In this document: positions 21,237 through 32,480 of the stretch, in pieces | How the letters are laid out: every line of letters starts with the position of its first letter | How positions within the stretch are numbered: position 1 is the first letter of the stretch | Origin: Trueperaceae bacterium | GTDB lineage: Bacteria; Deinococcota; Deinococci; Deinococcales; Trueperaceae | Assembly (NCBI GenBank): GCA_011390735.1 | Contig: JAABRV010000001.1 | Location: 1 to 57,739 of the forward strand | DNA: 57,739 nt | Direction: 5' to 3' | Translations under genes and position numbers: made by a program | Notes under the pieces: model-generated | The model's database searches: none | What the model saw: the letters and a program-made list of their open reading frames with translations, nothing else | Told to the model about the DNA's origin: nothing

Positions 21237-21944
21237 ATGGAGAGCCCCATCGTGCTCGTGACCGGTGCCGGCGGTGCGCTGGGGCGCGCCGTGCGGGAGC
21301 GCCTGACGCGCGACGGCGCGCGCTTGGCGCTGCTCGACCGCCGCGCGCCGACCGGCGAGACGAGCGGTCCGGCCGGCGACGCTGCGGCCTCGCAGGCGCC
21401 GTGGGCGGCCGCCGTCGACCTGCTCGACGAGGCGGCCGTCGCGGACGCCGTCGCCCGTGCCGAGAGCGAGCTCGGTCCCGTCCGCGCGGCGCTGCTGCTC
21501 GCGGGCGGGTTCGCGACCGCGCCCGCGGCCGAGACGGACCTTGCGGCGCTGCGTGGGCAGCTCGACCTCAACCTCGCGACCGCGGCGAGCGTGGTGCGGG
21601 CGCTGCTGCCGCGCATGACCGACCGTGGCGAGGGCACGATCGTCGGGATCGCCGCCGGCCAGGCCCGCCGGGGCGGCGCCGGCGCCGCCGCCTACACCGC
21701 GTCGAAGGCCGCCCTGGCCGCCTACCTGCGGGCCGTGGACGAGGAGAACGCTAGCCGCGGGGTGCGCACCGTCACCGTCTTCCCCATGGGCACGCTCGAC
21801 ACCGCCGCCAACCGCGAGGCGATGCCGAAGGCGGACCCGGCCGAGTGGATCGATCCCGCGCGTCTCGCGGAGGTGCTGGCCTTCGCGGTCCGCTTCGGCC
21901 CCCGCGCCCGGCTGCGCGAGGTGGAGGTCCATCCGGACGCCTGA
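21237..21944 (+). CDS. Short-chain dehydrogenase/reductase
   Basis: GGAGG lies 6 nt upstream. TGAGGALG cofactor motif and YTASK catalytic motif. Confidence 0.8.
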   Translation: MESPIVLVTGAGGALGRAVRERLTRDGARLALLDRRAPTGETSGPAGDAAASQAPWAAAVDLLDEAAVADAVARAESELGPVRAALLLAGGFATAPAAETDLAALRGQLDLNLATAASVVRALLPRMTDRGEGTIVGIAAGQARRGGAGAAAYTASKAALAAYLRAVDEENASRGVRTVTVFPMGTLDTAANREAMPKADPAEWIDPARLAEVLAFAVRFGPRARLREVEVHPDA

Positions 21945-21954
21945 CGGGCGCGGC

Positions 21955-23541
21955 TCAACCCCCGACGGCCTCGTCCCCGTGCGTGAAGGTGCCGTCCATG
22001 ACCGTCGCGACCACGGCCAGGTCGGCGAGCCCCGCGACCGGATCGTGGTCCAGCAGGACGACGTCGGCGTCGTAGCCCTCGCGCAGCATGCCGGAACGAC
22101 CCTCCCGCCCGATCGCGAACGCGGCCCCCGTCGTGTAGGCCTGGAGGGCCTCGGGCACGGTGAGGGCCTGGCTCGCCACGAGCGCGACCCCGTCGGCGCC
22201 GAGGCGGTCGACGGCCGCCCGCAGGCCCGCGAGGACGTCGGGCGAGGCCACCGGCGTGTCGCTGCCGAAGGCCAGCGGGACGCCGGCGTCGAGGAGGTCC
22301 CGCGTGCGGTAGGCGCGGTCGATGCGGTCCGGGAGGAGCGAACGCAGCGAGGCGGCGTCGAAGGCCAGGTGGATCGGCTGCATCGAGGCGACGGCGCCGA
22401 GCGCGGCCAGTCGCGGGAGGTCGTCGGCGTGCAGGTGCTGCACGTGCTCGATCCGGGGCCGCAGGCCGGCCGCCCGCCAGGCGGGCTCGGTGGCCTCGAG
22501 CGCGTCGAGGACCGCGCGGTTGGCCGCGTCGCCGATCGCATGGGTGACCGGCGCGAAGCCCGCGCGGGCCGCGAGCGCGTAGCGTTCGCGCAGGACCTCG
22601 GGGCCGTCCGCCGCCATGCCGACGCCCCCCTCACCGTAGGGCTGCAGCATCCACGCCGTGCGGCTGCCGAGCGCGCCGTCGGCGAAGAACTTGACGCCGC
22701 CCACGACGAAGCGGTCGCCGCCATGACCGCCGGCGAGGCCGATCGCCATGGCGTGCTCGAGGTCGGCGTGGGGGATCGTCGCCCACACGCGCAGGGGGTA
22801 GGGCCGCCCGTCCGCCTGGCTCGCCCGGGTCGCGATCGCCCGCCAGTAGGCGGGCGGCTCGGCCGCCATGTGGTGGACCGTGGTGATGCCTCTCGCCGCC
22901 AGGTCGCGCCCGGCGGCGTCGAGCGCGCGTCCCAGCGCCGCGGCGTCCGGCTGGGGCACGACGTCCCACACGAGCCCGAGCGCGGCCTCGAGGAGCAGGC
23001 CGGTCGGCTCCCCGTCCGCGTCGCGGACGATGACGCCGCCGTCGGGGTCGGGCGTCGCCCCGTCGATGCCCGCCCGCGTCAGGGCGTCGGTGTTGGCCCA
23101 GGCGCTGTGATGGTCCTGCGACCTGAGCAGCACCGGGTGACGCGGCGCCACGCGGTCGAGGTCGCGGCGATCGAGGCCGCGCAGCCCCCAGCGCTGCAGG
23201 GCGAAGCCCGCGCCCAGGATCCAGCTCCCCTCCGGCACCCGGGCCGCCGCGTCGGCGACGCGCGTCAGCCCGTCGTGGAGGGTCGCGGCGTCCGCCAGAC
23301 CGACCTGCTCGAGCTCGAGCCCGTGCTGCGTGAGGTGCAGGTGGGCGTCGTGGAAGCCGGGCAGCGCACAGGCCTCGGGCGCGTCGACCACGCGCGTGCG
23401 CGGCCCGCTCCAGGCGAGCACCTCGTCGCGCGTGCCGACCGCCACGAGGCGGCCCGCGCGCCAGGCGAGGCCCTGGGCCAGGGGGCGCAGCGCGTCCATC
23501 GTGCGCACGCGGCCCGCGAGGAGGACGACGTCGGCGGTCAC
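21955..23541 (-). CDS. Metal-dependent amidohydrolase, amidohydrolase-3 (YtcJ-like) family
   Basis: ADVVLLAGRVRTMD N-terminus, HDAHLHL metal motif, C-terminal GSDTPV...DADVVLLD. Start set at GTG 23541; the upstream listed ORF overlaps other genes. Confidence 0.78.
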   Translation of the reverse strand: MTADVVLLAGRVRTMDALRPLAQGLAWRAGRLVAVGTRDEVLAWSGPRTRVVDAPEACALPGFHDAHLHLTQHGLELEQVGLADAATLHDGLTRVADAAARVPEGSWILGAGFALQRWGLRGLDRRDLDRVAPRHPVLLRSQDHHSAWANTDALTRAGIDGATPDPDGGVIVRDADGEPTGLLLEAALGLVWDVVPQPDAAALGRALDAAGRDLAARGITTVHHMAAEPPAYWRAIATRASQADGRPYPLRVWATIPHADLEHAMAIGLAGGHGGDRFVVGGVKFFADGALGSRTAWMLQPYGEGGVGMAADGPEVLRERYALAARAGFAPVTHAIGDAANRAVLDALEATEPAWRAAGLRPRIEHVQHLHADDLPRLAALGAVASMQPIHLAFDAASLRSLLPDRIDRAYRTRDLLDAGVPLAFGSDTPVASPDVLAGLRAAVDRLGADGVALVASQALTVPEALQAYTTGAAFAIGREGRSGMLREGYDADVVLLDHDPVAGLADLAVVATVMDGTFTHGDEAVGG

Positions 23542-23593
23542 GTCAGCACCCGATCCGGTGGTGGGGGCGTCCAGGCAGCAGCATGCCGTGAGG

Positions 23594-23971
23594 CTACCAG
23601 CCCCGGGACCCCGGTCGCCCGCCGGGACCCGGGCCGCCCGCCACCAACTCGACGAGCCGGTCGTGGTCGTCGGGCCAGGCGGGATCGTCGAGCGCGGCCT
23701 TGTTGCGCCGCACCTCGCCGCAGCGTTCGCAGCGGTGCACGATGACCCAGCCCTTCTTGCCGCTGCGCTCGGCCGCCACCGGCACGAGCACCCCGCCGCA
23801 GTCGCTCGCGCGATCCCCGGGCATGACGTCGACGTGCAGCGAGTGCAGGCACGCCGGGCAGTGGTTGCGGCATGAGCCGTTGGCGAGCGGCGGCACCACG
23901 GCGCCACAGACGGCGCACACGAAGCCCTCGTTGCGGCCGACCGCCTGGAAGCGCCGCCCCGCCGGGCTCAT
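23594..23971 (-). CDS. RNHCP-domain zinc-ribbon protein (function unknown)
   Basis: Literal RNHCP motif within FVCAVCGAVVPPLANGSCRNHCPACLHSLHVD, plus a second cysteine pair HRCERCGEV. The ATG overlaps the photolyase stop (ATGA at 23971-23968). Confidence 0.7.
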   Translation of the reverse strand: MSPAGRRFQAVGRNEGFVCAVCGAVVPPLANGSCRNHCPACLHSLHVDVMPGDRASDCGGVLVPVAAERSGKKGWVIVHRCERCGEVRRNKAALDDPAWPDDHDRLVELVAGGPGPGGRPGSRGW

Positions 23972-25449
23972 CCCGTCACCCCCCGCAGCGCCGCCACCCG
24001 GGCCTCGACCTTGCGCACGTACGCCTCCGGGTCCGCCTTGCGCCGCAGGCCCGCCGCGTTCATGTACCGCACGGTCCCGAAGATCGCCCGCTCGGCCCAC
24101 GGCCGATCGTGCAGGCCGAACACCCAGCCGACGCCGGCGTATGAGTTCGGATCGCGGCCGTCGAGCAGGAAGCGGTTGTTCCAGGCGAGCAGCCGCTCGT
24201 AGGCCTGCTCGGGGGTGGCGCTCCACTCGAGCACCTTCTTGCCCCAGTACATGCGCATGTAGTTGTGCTGGTAGCCGGTGACGCGCATCTCGCGCATCGC
24301 GGCGTTCCAGTACGGGTCGTGCGTCGCGCCGTCTTGCAGGGCGTCGTCGTCGTAGAGGTGCTCGCGCGGGTCGTCCGCGTGCGCCGCCAGCGTGCGCCGC
24401 GCCCACGCCGGCAGCGCGGCGTACGTGCCGTAGCCCTCGCTGCGCTCGACGTGGTTGAGCGACAGCTCCCGCCGCACGAGGAGCTCCTCGACGAAGCCGG
24501 CGGCGCCGCGCTCGACGCCCGCGACGTCCCGGGCGACAGCCGGCGCCGCCGCGGCCGCACGGGCCGCCTCGGCGACCGCCCGCACGCCGCGCAGCACCTC
24601 GACCGGCGAGACCTGGCCGAAGTGCAGGTGCATCCCCAGGTAGGAGACCCCGTCGCGCTGGGGTTGGTTGCGGTCGTCGGCGTAACTCGGCAACACGTCG
24701 TCGATCAGTCGCCGCAGCCGCTCCGCGGCGGCGCGCTCGCCCCCCGGGAACATGCCGGAGACCGGCGCGACGCGCTCGTCGACGCCGAGCCGCCCGCGCA
24801 GGCCGACGGGATCCGCCAGCGCCGGGGCGACGTCCTCGAACGGCGCCACCGACGGCGGCTCGCCGGACCAGCGGCGGACGGGGCTCGCGTCGGGCACGGG
24901 ATCGAGGTAGTCCTCGAGCACGCGCCACAGCTTCGGGCGCAGGGTGCGCGCCGCGTACTCGGCCTTGCCGCTGGCGACGTCGACGGGCACCACCGCGTCG
25001 CCCTCGACCTGCACCACCGGACACGCCGCCTCCGCCGCGACCCTGAGGCGCCAGGCCCGCTGATGACGCAGGTACCCGCGATCGACGACGAGCACGGCGG
25101 CCCGGCGGGCCGCGGCGAGCGCCACCTCGGGCGGGTCGCCGAGCCCGACGGCGAAGCCGATGCCCCGCCGGGCGAGCTCGTCGCGCACCTCGCGCAGCCC
25201 CTCGAGCATGAAGGCGTAGGCCCTGGCCGTCGCCTCCGGGTAGGCGGGCGTCAGGCCCAGCACGACCGCCACCGGCCGGTCGAGCAGGGCCGCGACCGCC
25301 AGGGCGTGGGCGAGGGCCGGGTTGGCCCGCGTCCGTTGGGCCTGCTGCATCCACAGGACGACCGGACCCGTCGCCCGCGGGACCCCGTCGGCGAGGACCC
25401 GGACGCGGTCGGGGTGGACGCCGGGTGGCGTGAGCGCGGCATGCGGCAT
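23968..25449 (-). CDS. phr: Class II CPD photolyase (deoxyribodipyrimidine photo-lyase)
   Basis: C-terminal block YMRMYWGKKVLEWSATPEQAY...LLDGRDPNSYAGVGWVFGLHDRPWAERAIFGTVRYMNAAGLRRK is the class II pattern rather than class I. N-terminal VVLWMQQAQR block. Confidence 0.88.
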   Translation of the reverse strand: MPHAALTPPGVHPDRVRVLADGVPRATGPVVLWMQQAQRTRANPALAHALAVAALLDRPVAVVLGLTPAYPEATARAYAFMLEGLREVRDELARRGIGFAVGLGDPPEVALAAARRAAVLVVDRGYLRHQRAWRLRVAAEAACPVVQVEGDAVVPVDVASGKAEYAARTLRPKLWRVLEDYLDPVPDASPVRRWSGEPPSVAPFEDVAPALADPVGLRGRLGVDERVAPVSGMFPGGERAAAERLRRLIDDVLPSYADDRNQPQRDGVSYLGMHLHFGQVSPVEVLRGVRAVAEAARAAAAAPAVARDVAGVERGAAGFVEELLVRRELSLNHVERSEGYGTYAALPAWARRTLAAHADDPREHLYDDDALQDGATHDPYWNAAMREMRVTGYQHNYMRMYWGKKVLEWSATPEQAYERLLAWNNRFLLDGRDPNSYAGVGWVFGLHDRPWAERAIFGTVRYMNAAGLRRKADPEAYVRKVEARVAALRGVTG

Positions 25450-25454
25450 GCCCC

Positions 25455-25460
25455 AGGCTA
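25455..25460 (-). promoter_or_regulatory. -10 box TAGCCT 5 nt upstream of the phr ATG; leaderless mRNA candidate
   Basis: The minus strand reads TAGCCT-ggggc-ATG, with no correctly spaced SD. Confidence 0.35.
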
Positions 25461-25547
25461 CGTCCCGCGGCGCCGCCGCGGCCAGGCCCGCGCGTCATGC
25501 CCGCGGGGGGGCGGCCTATCATGCGGGGGCGGCACGACCGCGCGACC

Positions 25548-27797
<2,250 letters not shown>

Positions 27798-27806
27798 TCT
27801 GGGGCG

Positions 27807-29012
27807 ATGCCACGAACGCCCCCACCCGCCGCCCGCGGACCCCGGGCCGGGCGAGCGGTCCGCCCGGCGCCCGGCATGCGGTGGTTGCCGTGGACGGTGC
27901 TCGCGGCGCTGGCCGCCGCATGGGCCGCCCTGCGGGTGGTGCCCGACGGCTGGATCGACGGGCCCTGGGCCGGCCGCCTGCTGCCCGCGCTGTCGTCGAC
28001 GAGCGCCGCGTGGATCGACGCGTCCCCGCTCTCCCTCACCATCATCGGCACGCTCGCCTGGCTGCTTGCGGTCATCGCGGTGGCCGCGCGCCGCACGCTT
28101 CCCCCCGCGTCGCGCGTGGCCTGGGCGCTGGTGTGGGTCGCGGCGCTGGGCCCGACGTTCGAGTTGGCGTGGGGCCTCGGTTACCGGCGCACCCCGCTGG
28201 AGGCGCATCTCGGGCTGGGCGCGGAGGCGCCGACCGCCGAGCCCACGTGGGCGGTCCTCGACCGGCTGCTGGCGGCCGCGACCGCCAGCGCACCCCCTTC
28301 GAGCGAGGCGGTCGCCCTCGAGGCCGCCTGGCGCGACGACGCGTTCGCCGCCGCCGCGGCCTGCGTCGCGGCGGCCGACGCCTTCGTGCTCGGGCGCGAC
28401 GCGCCGTTGCGGCTCCCCGGACGTCTGCGCGAGCTGCCCGCCGGCCTACTGCTCAGCGGCGGCTTCGCGGGGTTCCAGGCGCCCTGGTGGCGCGAACCGC
28501 ACCTCGACGGCGGCTTGCCGCCGGTCGCGGCGACGCGTACCGCGCTCCACGAGTTGGCGCACGCGGCCGGCTGGGCCCGCGAGGCGGAGACGGACGCGCT
28601 CGCGACGCTGGCGGGGCTCGCCTGCGACGACCCGGACGTCCGCTTCGCCGCCGCGCTGCACGGCCTGCTGCTCGTGCGCGCCGAGCTCGGCCGGGTCGCC
28701 CACGACGACCCCGCCTGGCGTGAGCGACTGAATGGGGCGTGGGCGACCCTGCCCGCCGTGGCGGGAGACGCCTGGGCCGCCGACCGCGCCGCGATCCAGC
28801 GGCACCGCTCGGCCACCGTCGAACGCGCCGCGGGGGCCGTCTACGACGGCTACCTGCGGGCGCAGGGGGTCGAGGCGGGAATCGCGGACTACGGCCGCGC
28901 CGGCGTGCTGCTGGTCAACGCGCTCGCGAACTGCGACGGCGCCGCCGACTCGCCGGCGCCGTGGTGCGCTCAGGCGCCGTCGCCGTCGGCCGCGGGCGGC
29001 GCGAGCAGGTAG
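27807..29012 (+). CDS. DUF3810-like membrane protein with an HExxH zinc-metalloprotease motif
   Basis: N-terminal TM helices. HELAHAAGWAREAETDALATLAGLAC matches the conserved DUF3810 core as I remember it. An alternative start at ATG 27876 is possible. Confidence 0.62.
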   Translation: MPRTPPPAARGPRAGRAVRPAPGMRWLPWTVLAALAAAWAALRVVPDGWIDGPWAGRLLPALSSTSAAWIDASPLSLTIIGTLAWLLAVIAVAARRTLPPASRVAWALVWVAALGPTFELAWGLGYRRTPLEAHLGLGAEAPTAEPTWAVLDRLLAAATASAPPSSEAVALEAAWRDDAFAAAAACVAAADAFVLGRDAPLRLPGRLRELPAGLLLSGGFAGFQAPWWREPHLDGGLPPVAATRTALHELAHAAGWAREAETDALATLAGLACDDPDVRFAAALHGLLLVRAELGRVAHDDPAWRERLNGAWATLPAVAGDAWAADRAAIQRHRSATVERAAGAVYDGYLRAQGVEAGIADYGRAGVLLVNALANCDGAADSPAPWCAQAPSPSAAGGASR

Positions 29013-31210
29013 CCCTGGCCCTCGTCGCAGGCGATCGCCCGCAGGCGGCGGCGCTGCGCCTCGGTCTCGATGCCGCCGGCCACCACCGTGAGCCCGAGCC
29101 CCCGACCGATGGCCACCATGGCCCGCAGCAGTTCGAGGTCGGCCAGGTCGCTGGACCCGGCCGGATCGTCGGGGCCGCCCGGCTCCTCGACGCCGACCGC
29201 GTCCGGGGGCGCGCCCCGGCCGCCCAGGCGCTGCACGAAGCTGCGGTCGATCTTGAGCAGGTCGATGGGTAGCTCACGCAGGCGGGCGAGGTTGGTGTCG
29301 CCGGCGCCGAACTGATCGAGCGCCAGGCGCACGCCGCGCGCGCGGAGCGCCGCCAGCCGTGGGGCGCAGCGCGTCAGGGCGTTGGCATCGGCACCGGCAT
29401 GCAGCTCGAGCTCGAGCATGGCGGGCGGCACGCCCGACCGCTCGAGCGCGCGCAGCACGAAGGGGACCAGGTCGTCGCGCTCGAGCTCCGTGGCGCCCAC
29501 GTTGACGGCGATGCGCGCCGCGCGACCCATGCGGGCGCGCTCGGCGGCGCGCCGCAGCGCGAGCGGCAGGACCCGCTCGAAGAGCTCGCCGCCCAGGTGC
29601 ATCCGCTCGAGCTCCCCGAGGAAGTCGGCGGGCAGCAGCAGCCCGCGTTCGGGGTGCCGCCAGCGCACGAGCGCCTCGAAGCCCGTGATCTCGTCGCCGG
29701 CCAACCGGAAGCGCGGCTGGTAGTGCAGCAGCCATTGGTCGTTCGCGAAGGCGGCGCGCAGCTCCAGCTCGAAGGCACGCCGGGCACGCAGCCGCTCGTC
29801 CAACGCCGGATCGGCGAACGCGAAGCCGCCGCCACCGCTCGCCTGCGCCCGCGCGAGCGCGCCGACGGCGTCGTCGCGCAACGCGTCGAGGCGCAGCGGT
29901 CCGTCGGCGACGACCACGCCGGCGGAGGCCGACAGCTCGACCCGCAGCCGGCCGTCGTCGAAGGGCCGCGACACCCAGGCGAGCAGCTTGTCGACGACCG
30001 GCAGCGCGGCGTCGGCGTCGGGGAGGTCCTCGAGGAGCACCATGAACGCGCCGCGCCCGGCACGCACGAGCGTGTCGCTTCGCCGCAGGGCGCGGCGCAG
30101 CCGCTGGGCGGCCTCTCGCTCGAGCCGCTCGCCGCGCTGGGCGTCGAGGTGCGTCTCGACGAACTCGAAGTGGTCGAGCGACAGCGCCACGAGCGCCGCG
30201 CGCCCGCCCTGCCGCTGGGCGCGGCGGGCCGCCAGGACGAGGCGGTCGGCGAGCACCTCCTCGGTCGGCAACCCGGTGGCGGGGTCGACGCCCGCGAGGG
30301 CGGCGCGCACCGACGACCGCGGAGGCTCGACGACGCGCACCGTCCCGTGGACCGCGAAGAGCCTGGCCTCGGCCGCGACCCAGCTGACCGAGACCGCGTC
30401 CTCGACCAGCCGCTCGTCGCCGCCAGCCAGCCGGATGCGGTAACGGTCGCGGCGGCTCCCCCCAGCCTCGCGCAGCGCGATGCCGCGTTCGGCGACGACC
30501 GCGCGCGCCTCGGGCTCGATCATCTCGACCCAGCCGTCGCGCATGACGTCGCCGCGGTCGCGGCCGAGCACCGCGCCCGTGTCGCCGCTCACCCAGGAGA
30601 GCCGGAAGGTCCCGTGCTCGTCGAACATCGCCCCGTAGGCGAACCACGGGGCGCCGCCGACGCCCGCGGCGCTCTGCTCGCGTTCGACCTGTTCGGCGCC
30701 GTAGGCGTGCACCTGGTCGGTGACGTCGCGCAGGACGGTGACGAGGTGGGCGACGCGTCCACGCTCGTCGCGCACCGGGTGGTGGCGCTGTTCGCACCAG
30801 AAGAGCGAGCCGTCGGCACGGTAGTTGCGCAGCGTCACGCCGATGGCGTTCCCCTCGCGGACCGCCTCGCGCGCCTGGCGAACGGCCTCCTGGTCGGTGT
30901 CGTTGCGTAGCAGGAAGCCGAGCTCGCGCCCGAGGGCGGCCTGCGGCGCGTAGCCGGTGAGCCGCTCGAACCCGGGCTCGACGTGAACCAGGGGCGATCC
31001 GATCCGGCGGAGATCGCTGACGACGAAGACCTCCCCCGCCAGCACCTCGGAGAGCGGCTCGACGATGCTGACGAGGTCGACGTCCTCCGACGCGAAGCCC
31101 GACCACACCCGCTCCCGCAACTGCGCGAGTTGCGCACGTTGCGCACGTTGCGCGGGCTCGCGGGCGGCTCGACGGGGGTCCTTCGGTCCTGTGCGCTCGG
31201 CTTCGGCCAT
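28970..31210 (-). CDS. PAS-PAS-GGDEF(degenerate)-EAL signalling protein, probable c-di-GMP phosphodiesterase
   Basis: LOV-like PAS without the cysteine (GRELGFLLRND). The GGDEF site is replaced by GRGAF. EAL motifs are intact (FEALVRWRH, DQFGAGDTN, GGIETE, QGYLL). The start is uncertain: ATG 31210 was chosen, and GTG 31333 is the longest option. Confidence 0.82.
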   Translation of the reverse strand: MAEAERTGPKDPRRAAREPAQRAQRAQLAQLRERVWSGFASEDVDLVSIVEPLSEVLAGEVFVVSDLRRIGSPLVHVEPGFERLTGYAPQAALGRELGFLLRNDTDQEAVRQAREAVREGNAIGVTLRNYRADGSLFWCEQRHHPVRDERGRVAHLVTVLRDVTDQVHAYGAEQVEREQSAAGVGGAPWFAYGAMFDEHGTFRLSWVSGDTGAVLGRDRGDVMRDGWVEMIEPEARAVVAERGIALREAGGSRRDRYRIRLAGGDERLVEDAVSVSWVAAEARLFAVHGTVRVVEPPRSSVRAALAGVDPATGLPTEEVLADRLVLAARRAQRQGGRAALVALSLDHFEFVETHLDAQRGERLEREAAQRLRRALRRSDTLVRAGRGAFMVLLEDLPDADAALPVVDKLLAWVSRPFDDGRLRVELSASAGVVVADGPLRLDALRDDAVGALARAQASGGGGFAFADPALDERLRARRAFELELRAAFANDQWLLHYQPRFRLAGDEITGFEALVRWRHPERGLLLPADFLGELERMHLGGELFERVLPLALRRAAERARMGRAARIAVNVGATELERDDLVPFVLRALERSGVPPAMLELELHAGADANALTRCAPRLAALRARGVRLALDQFGAGDTNLARLRELPIDLLKIDRSFVQRLGGRGAPPDAVGVEEPGGPDDPAGSSDLADLELLRAMVAIGRGLGLTVVAGGIETEAQRRRLRAIACDEGQGYLLAPPAADGDGA

Positions 31211-31348
31211 GGTCGTTGGGCGCGTGGCGACCACGTCCGATCGATGAGCCCGAGGCTCGCCGTCGTTGGTCCCATGACCCGCGCCGTGACCCTCGGGGCC
31301 TCCCAACCCTTCGGCGATGCGGGTCTTTCCCACGCTCTTCCGCGTCTC

Positions 31349-31358
31349 ACGCTAGCAC
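31349..31358 (-). promoter_or_regulatory. GTGCTAGCGT decamer, a candidate extended -10 facing the EAL gene
   Basis: The minus strand reads TGC-TAGCGT. One of three GTGCTAGCNT copies in the window. Confidence 0.3.
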
Positions 31359-31420
31359 GCGGCCCCGCGGCGGCCACGTGGTGTTGCGCACGCTTCGCGC
31401 CTTCCCATACCCCCCCTAGG

Positions 31421-31426
31421 TATAAT
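31421..31426 (+). promoter_or_regulatory. Perfect TATAAT box upstream of trxB
   Basis: Consensus hexamer in very GC-rich DNA, 53 nt before the trxB GTG. No good -35 was seen. Confidence 0.35.
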
Positions 31427-31451
31427 GCCGAACGGGCGGCGCCGAACGACG

Positions 31452-31461
31452 GTGCTAGCAT
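31452..31461 (+). promoter_or_regulatory. GTGCTAGCAT decamer, a candidate extended -10 for trxB
   Basis: TGC-TAGCAT ends 7 nt before the GGAGG SD (31469-31473) of trxB. Confidence 0.35.
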
Positions 31462-31478
31462 CCCCCTCGGAGGAAACC

Positions 31479-32438
31479 GTGACCCGAGCCACCACCCAGA
31501 CCGACGTCCTGATCATCGGCGGCGGACCCGCCGGCCTCACCGCCGGCATCTACGCCGGCCGCGGACAACTCGACGTCGTCATCGTCGAGAAGGGCCTCCC
31601 CGGCGGGCAGATCGCCCAGACCGAGGAGGTCGAGAACTACCCGGGGTTCGAGACCGCGGTCGCCGGCCCCGAGCTCGCCCAGCGCATGGTGCGCCAGGCC
31701 GAGCGCTTCGGCGCGCGCATCGTCATGGACGAGGTCGGCGGCGTCGCCCGGGAGGGCGAGCGCTTCCGCGTCCGCGGCTACGAGCGCGACTACCTGGCGC
31801 AGGCGGTGATCGTCGCGACGGGCGCGAACCCGCGCCGCCTGGGCGTGCCCGGCGAGGACGAGTTCTACGGCCGCGGCGTGTCGACCTGCGCGACCTGCGA
31901 CGGCTTCTTCTACCGCGGCAAGCAGGTGGTCGTGGTCGGCGGCGGCGACGCCGCGATCGAGGAGGGCACGTTCCTGACGAAGTTCGCCGAGAGCGTGACG
32001 GTGGTCCACCGGCGCGACGAGCTGCGTGCGAACAAGGTCGCCCAGGAGCGCGCCTTCGCCAACCCCAAGATGCACTTCGTGTGGAACACCGTCGTCGAGG
32101 AGATCCTGGGCGCCGACGGCCAGGTCACCGGCGTGCGGACCCGCGACGTCGTCACCGGCGCCGAGGGGCAGATCCTGACGGACGGCGTCTTCGTCTACGT
32201 CGGCCACACCCCGAACACCGAGTACCTGCGCGGTGTCGTGCGCCTCAACGACCACGGCTACGTCGACGTGCGCGACGAGATCTACACCGACGTGGAGGGC
32301 ATCTTCGCCGCCGGCGACGTCGCCGACGAGGTCTACCGCCAGCTGTCGACCTCGGTGGGCGCCGGGACGCGGGCCGCCATGGCCGCCGAGCGCTGGCTCG
32401 CGGCCCGCGGCGAGGCCGCCGCCGTCGCCGTCGGCTGA
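31479..32438 (+). CDS. trxB: Thioredoxin-disulfide reductase
   Basis: GTG start lies 5 nt after GGAGG. FAD motif [12 protein letters not shown], redox-active CATC in [20 protein letters not shown] motif [12 protein letters not shown]. Confidence 0.93.
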   Translation: MTRATTQTDVLIIGGGPAGLTAGIYAGRGQLDVVIVEKGLPGGQIAQTEEVENYPGFETAVAGPELAQRMVRQAERFGARIVMDEVGGVAREGERFRVRGYERDYLAQAVIVATGANPRRLGVPGEDEFYGRGVSTCATCDGFFYRGKQVVVVGGGDAAIEEGTFLTKFAESVTVVHRRDELRANKVAQERAFANPKMHFVWNTVVEEILGADGQVTGVRTRDVVTGAEGQILTDGVFVYVGHTPNTEYLRGVVRLNDHGYVDVRDEIYTDVEGIFAAGDVADEVYRQLSTSVGAGTRAAMAAERWLAARGEAAAVAVG

Positions 32439-32480
32439 CGACGCCCGCTCGCGGATGGCTCGGGACGCGAATCGCCCGCG

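Noticed and set aside
31129-31153. 9-nt tandem repeat GTTGCGCAC x2.8
   Set aside because: It is too short to be meaningful on its own. It lies in the probable N-terminal coding region of the EAL protein (QRAQRAQ). It is mentioned only as a caveat for start-site assignment.
28970-31210. Calling the PAS-GGDEF-EAL protein a blue-light LOV photoreceptor or an active diguanylate cyclase
   Set aside because: The LOV adduct cysteine is absent (GRELGFLL) and the GGDEF signature is GRGAF. Only phosphodiesterase activity is plausible from the sequence.
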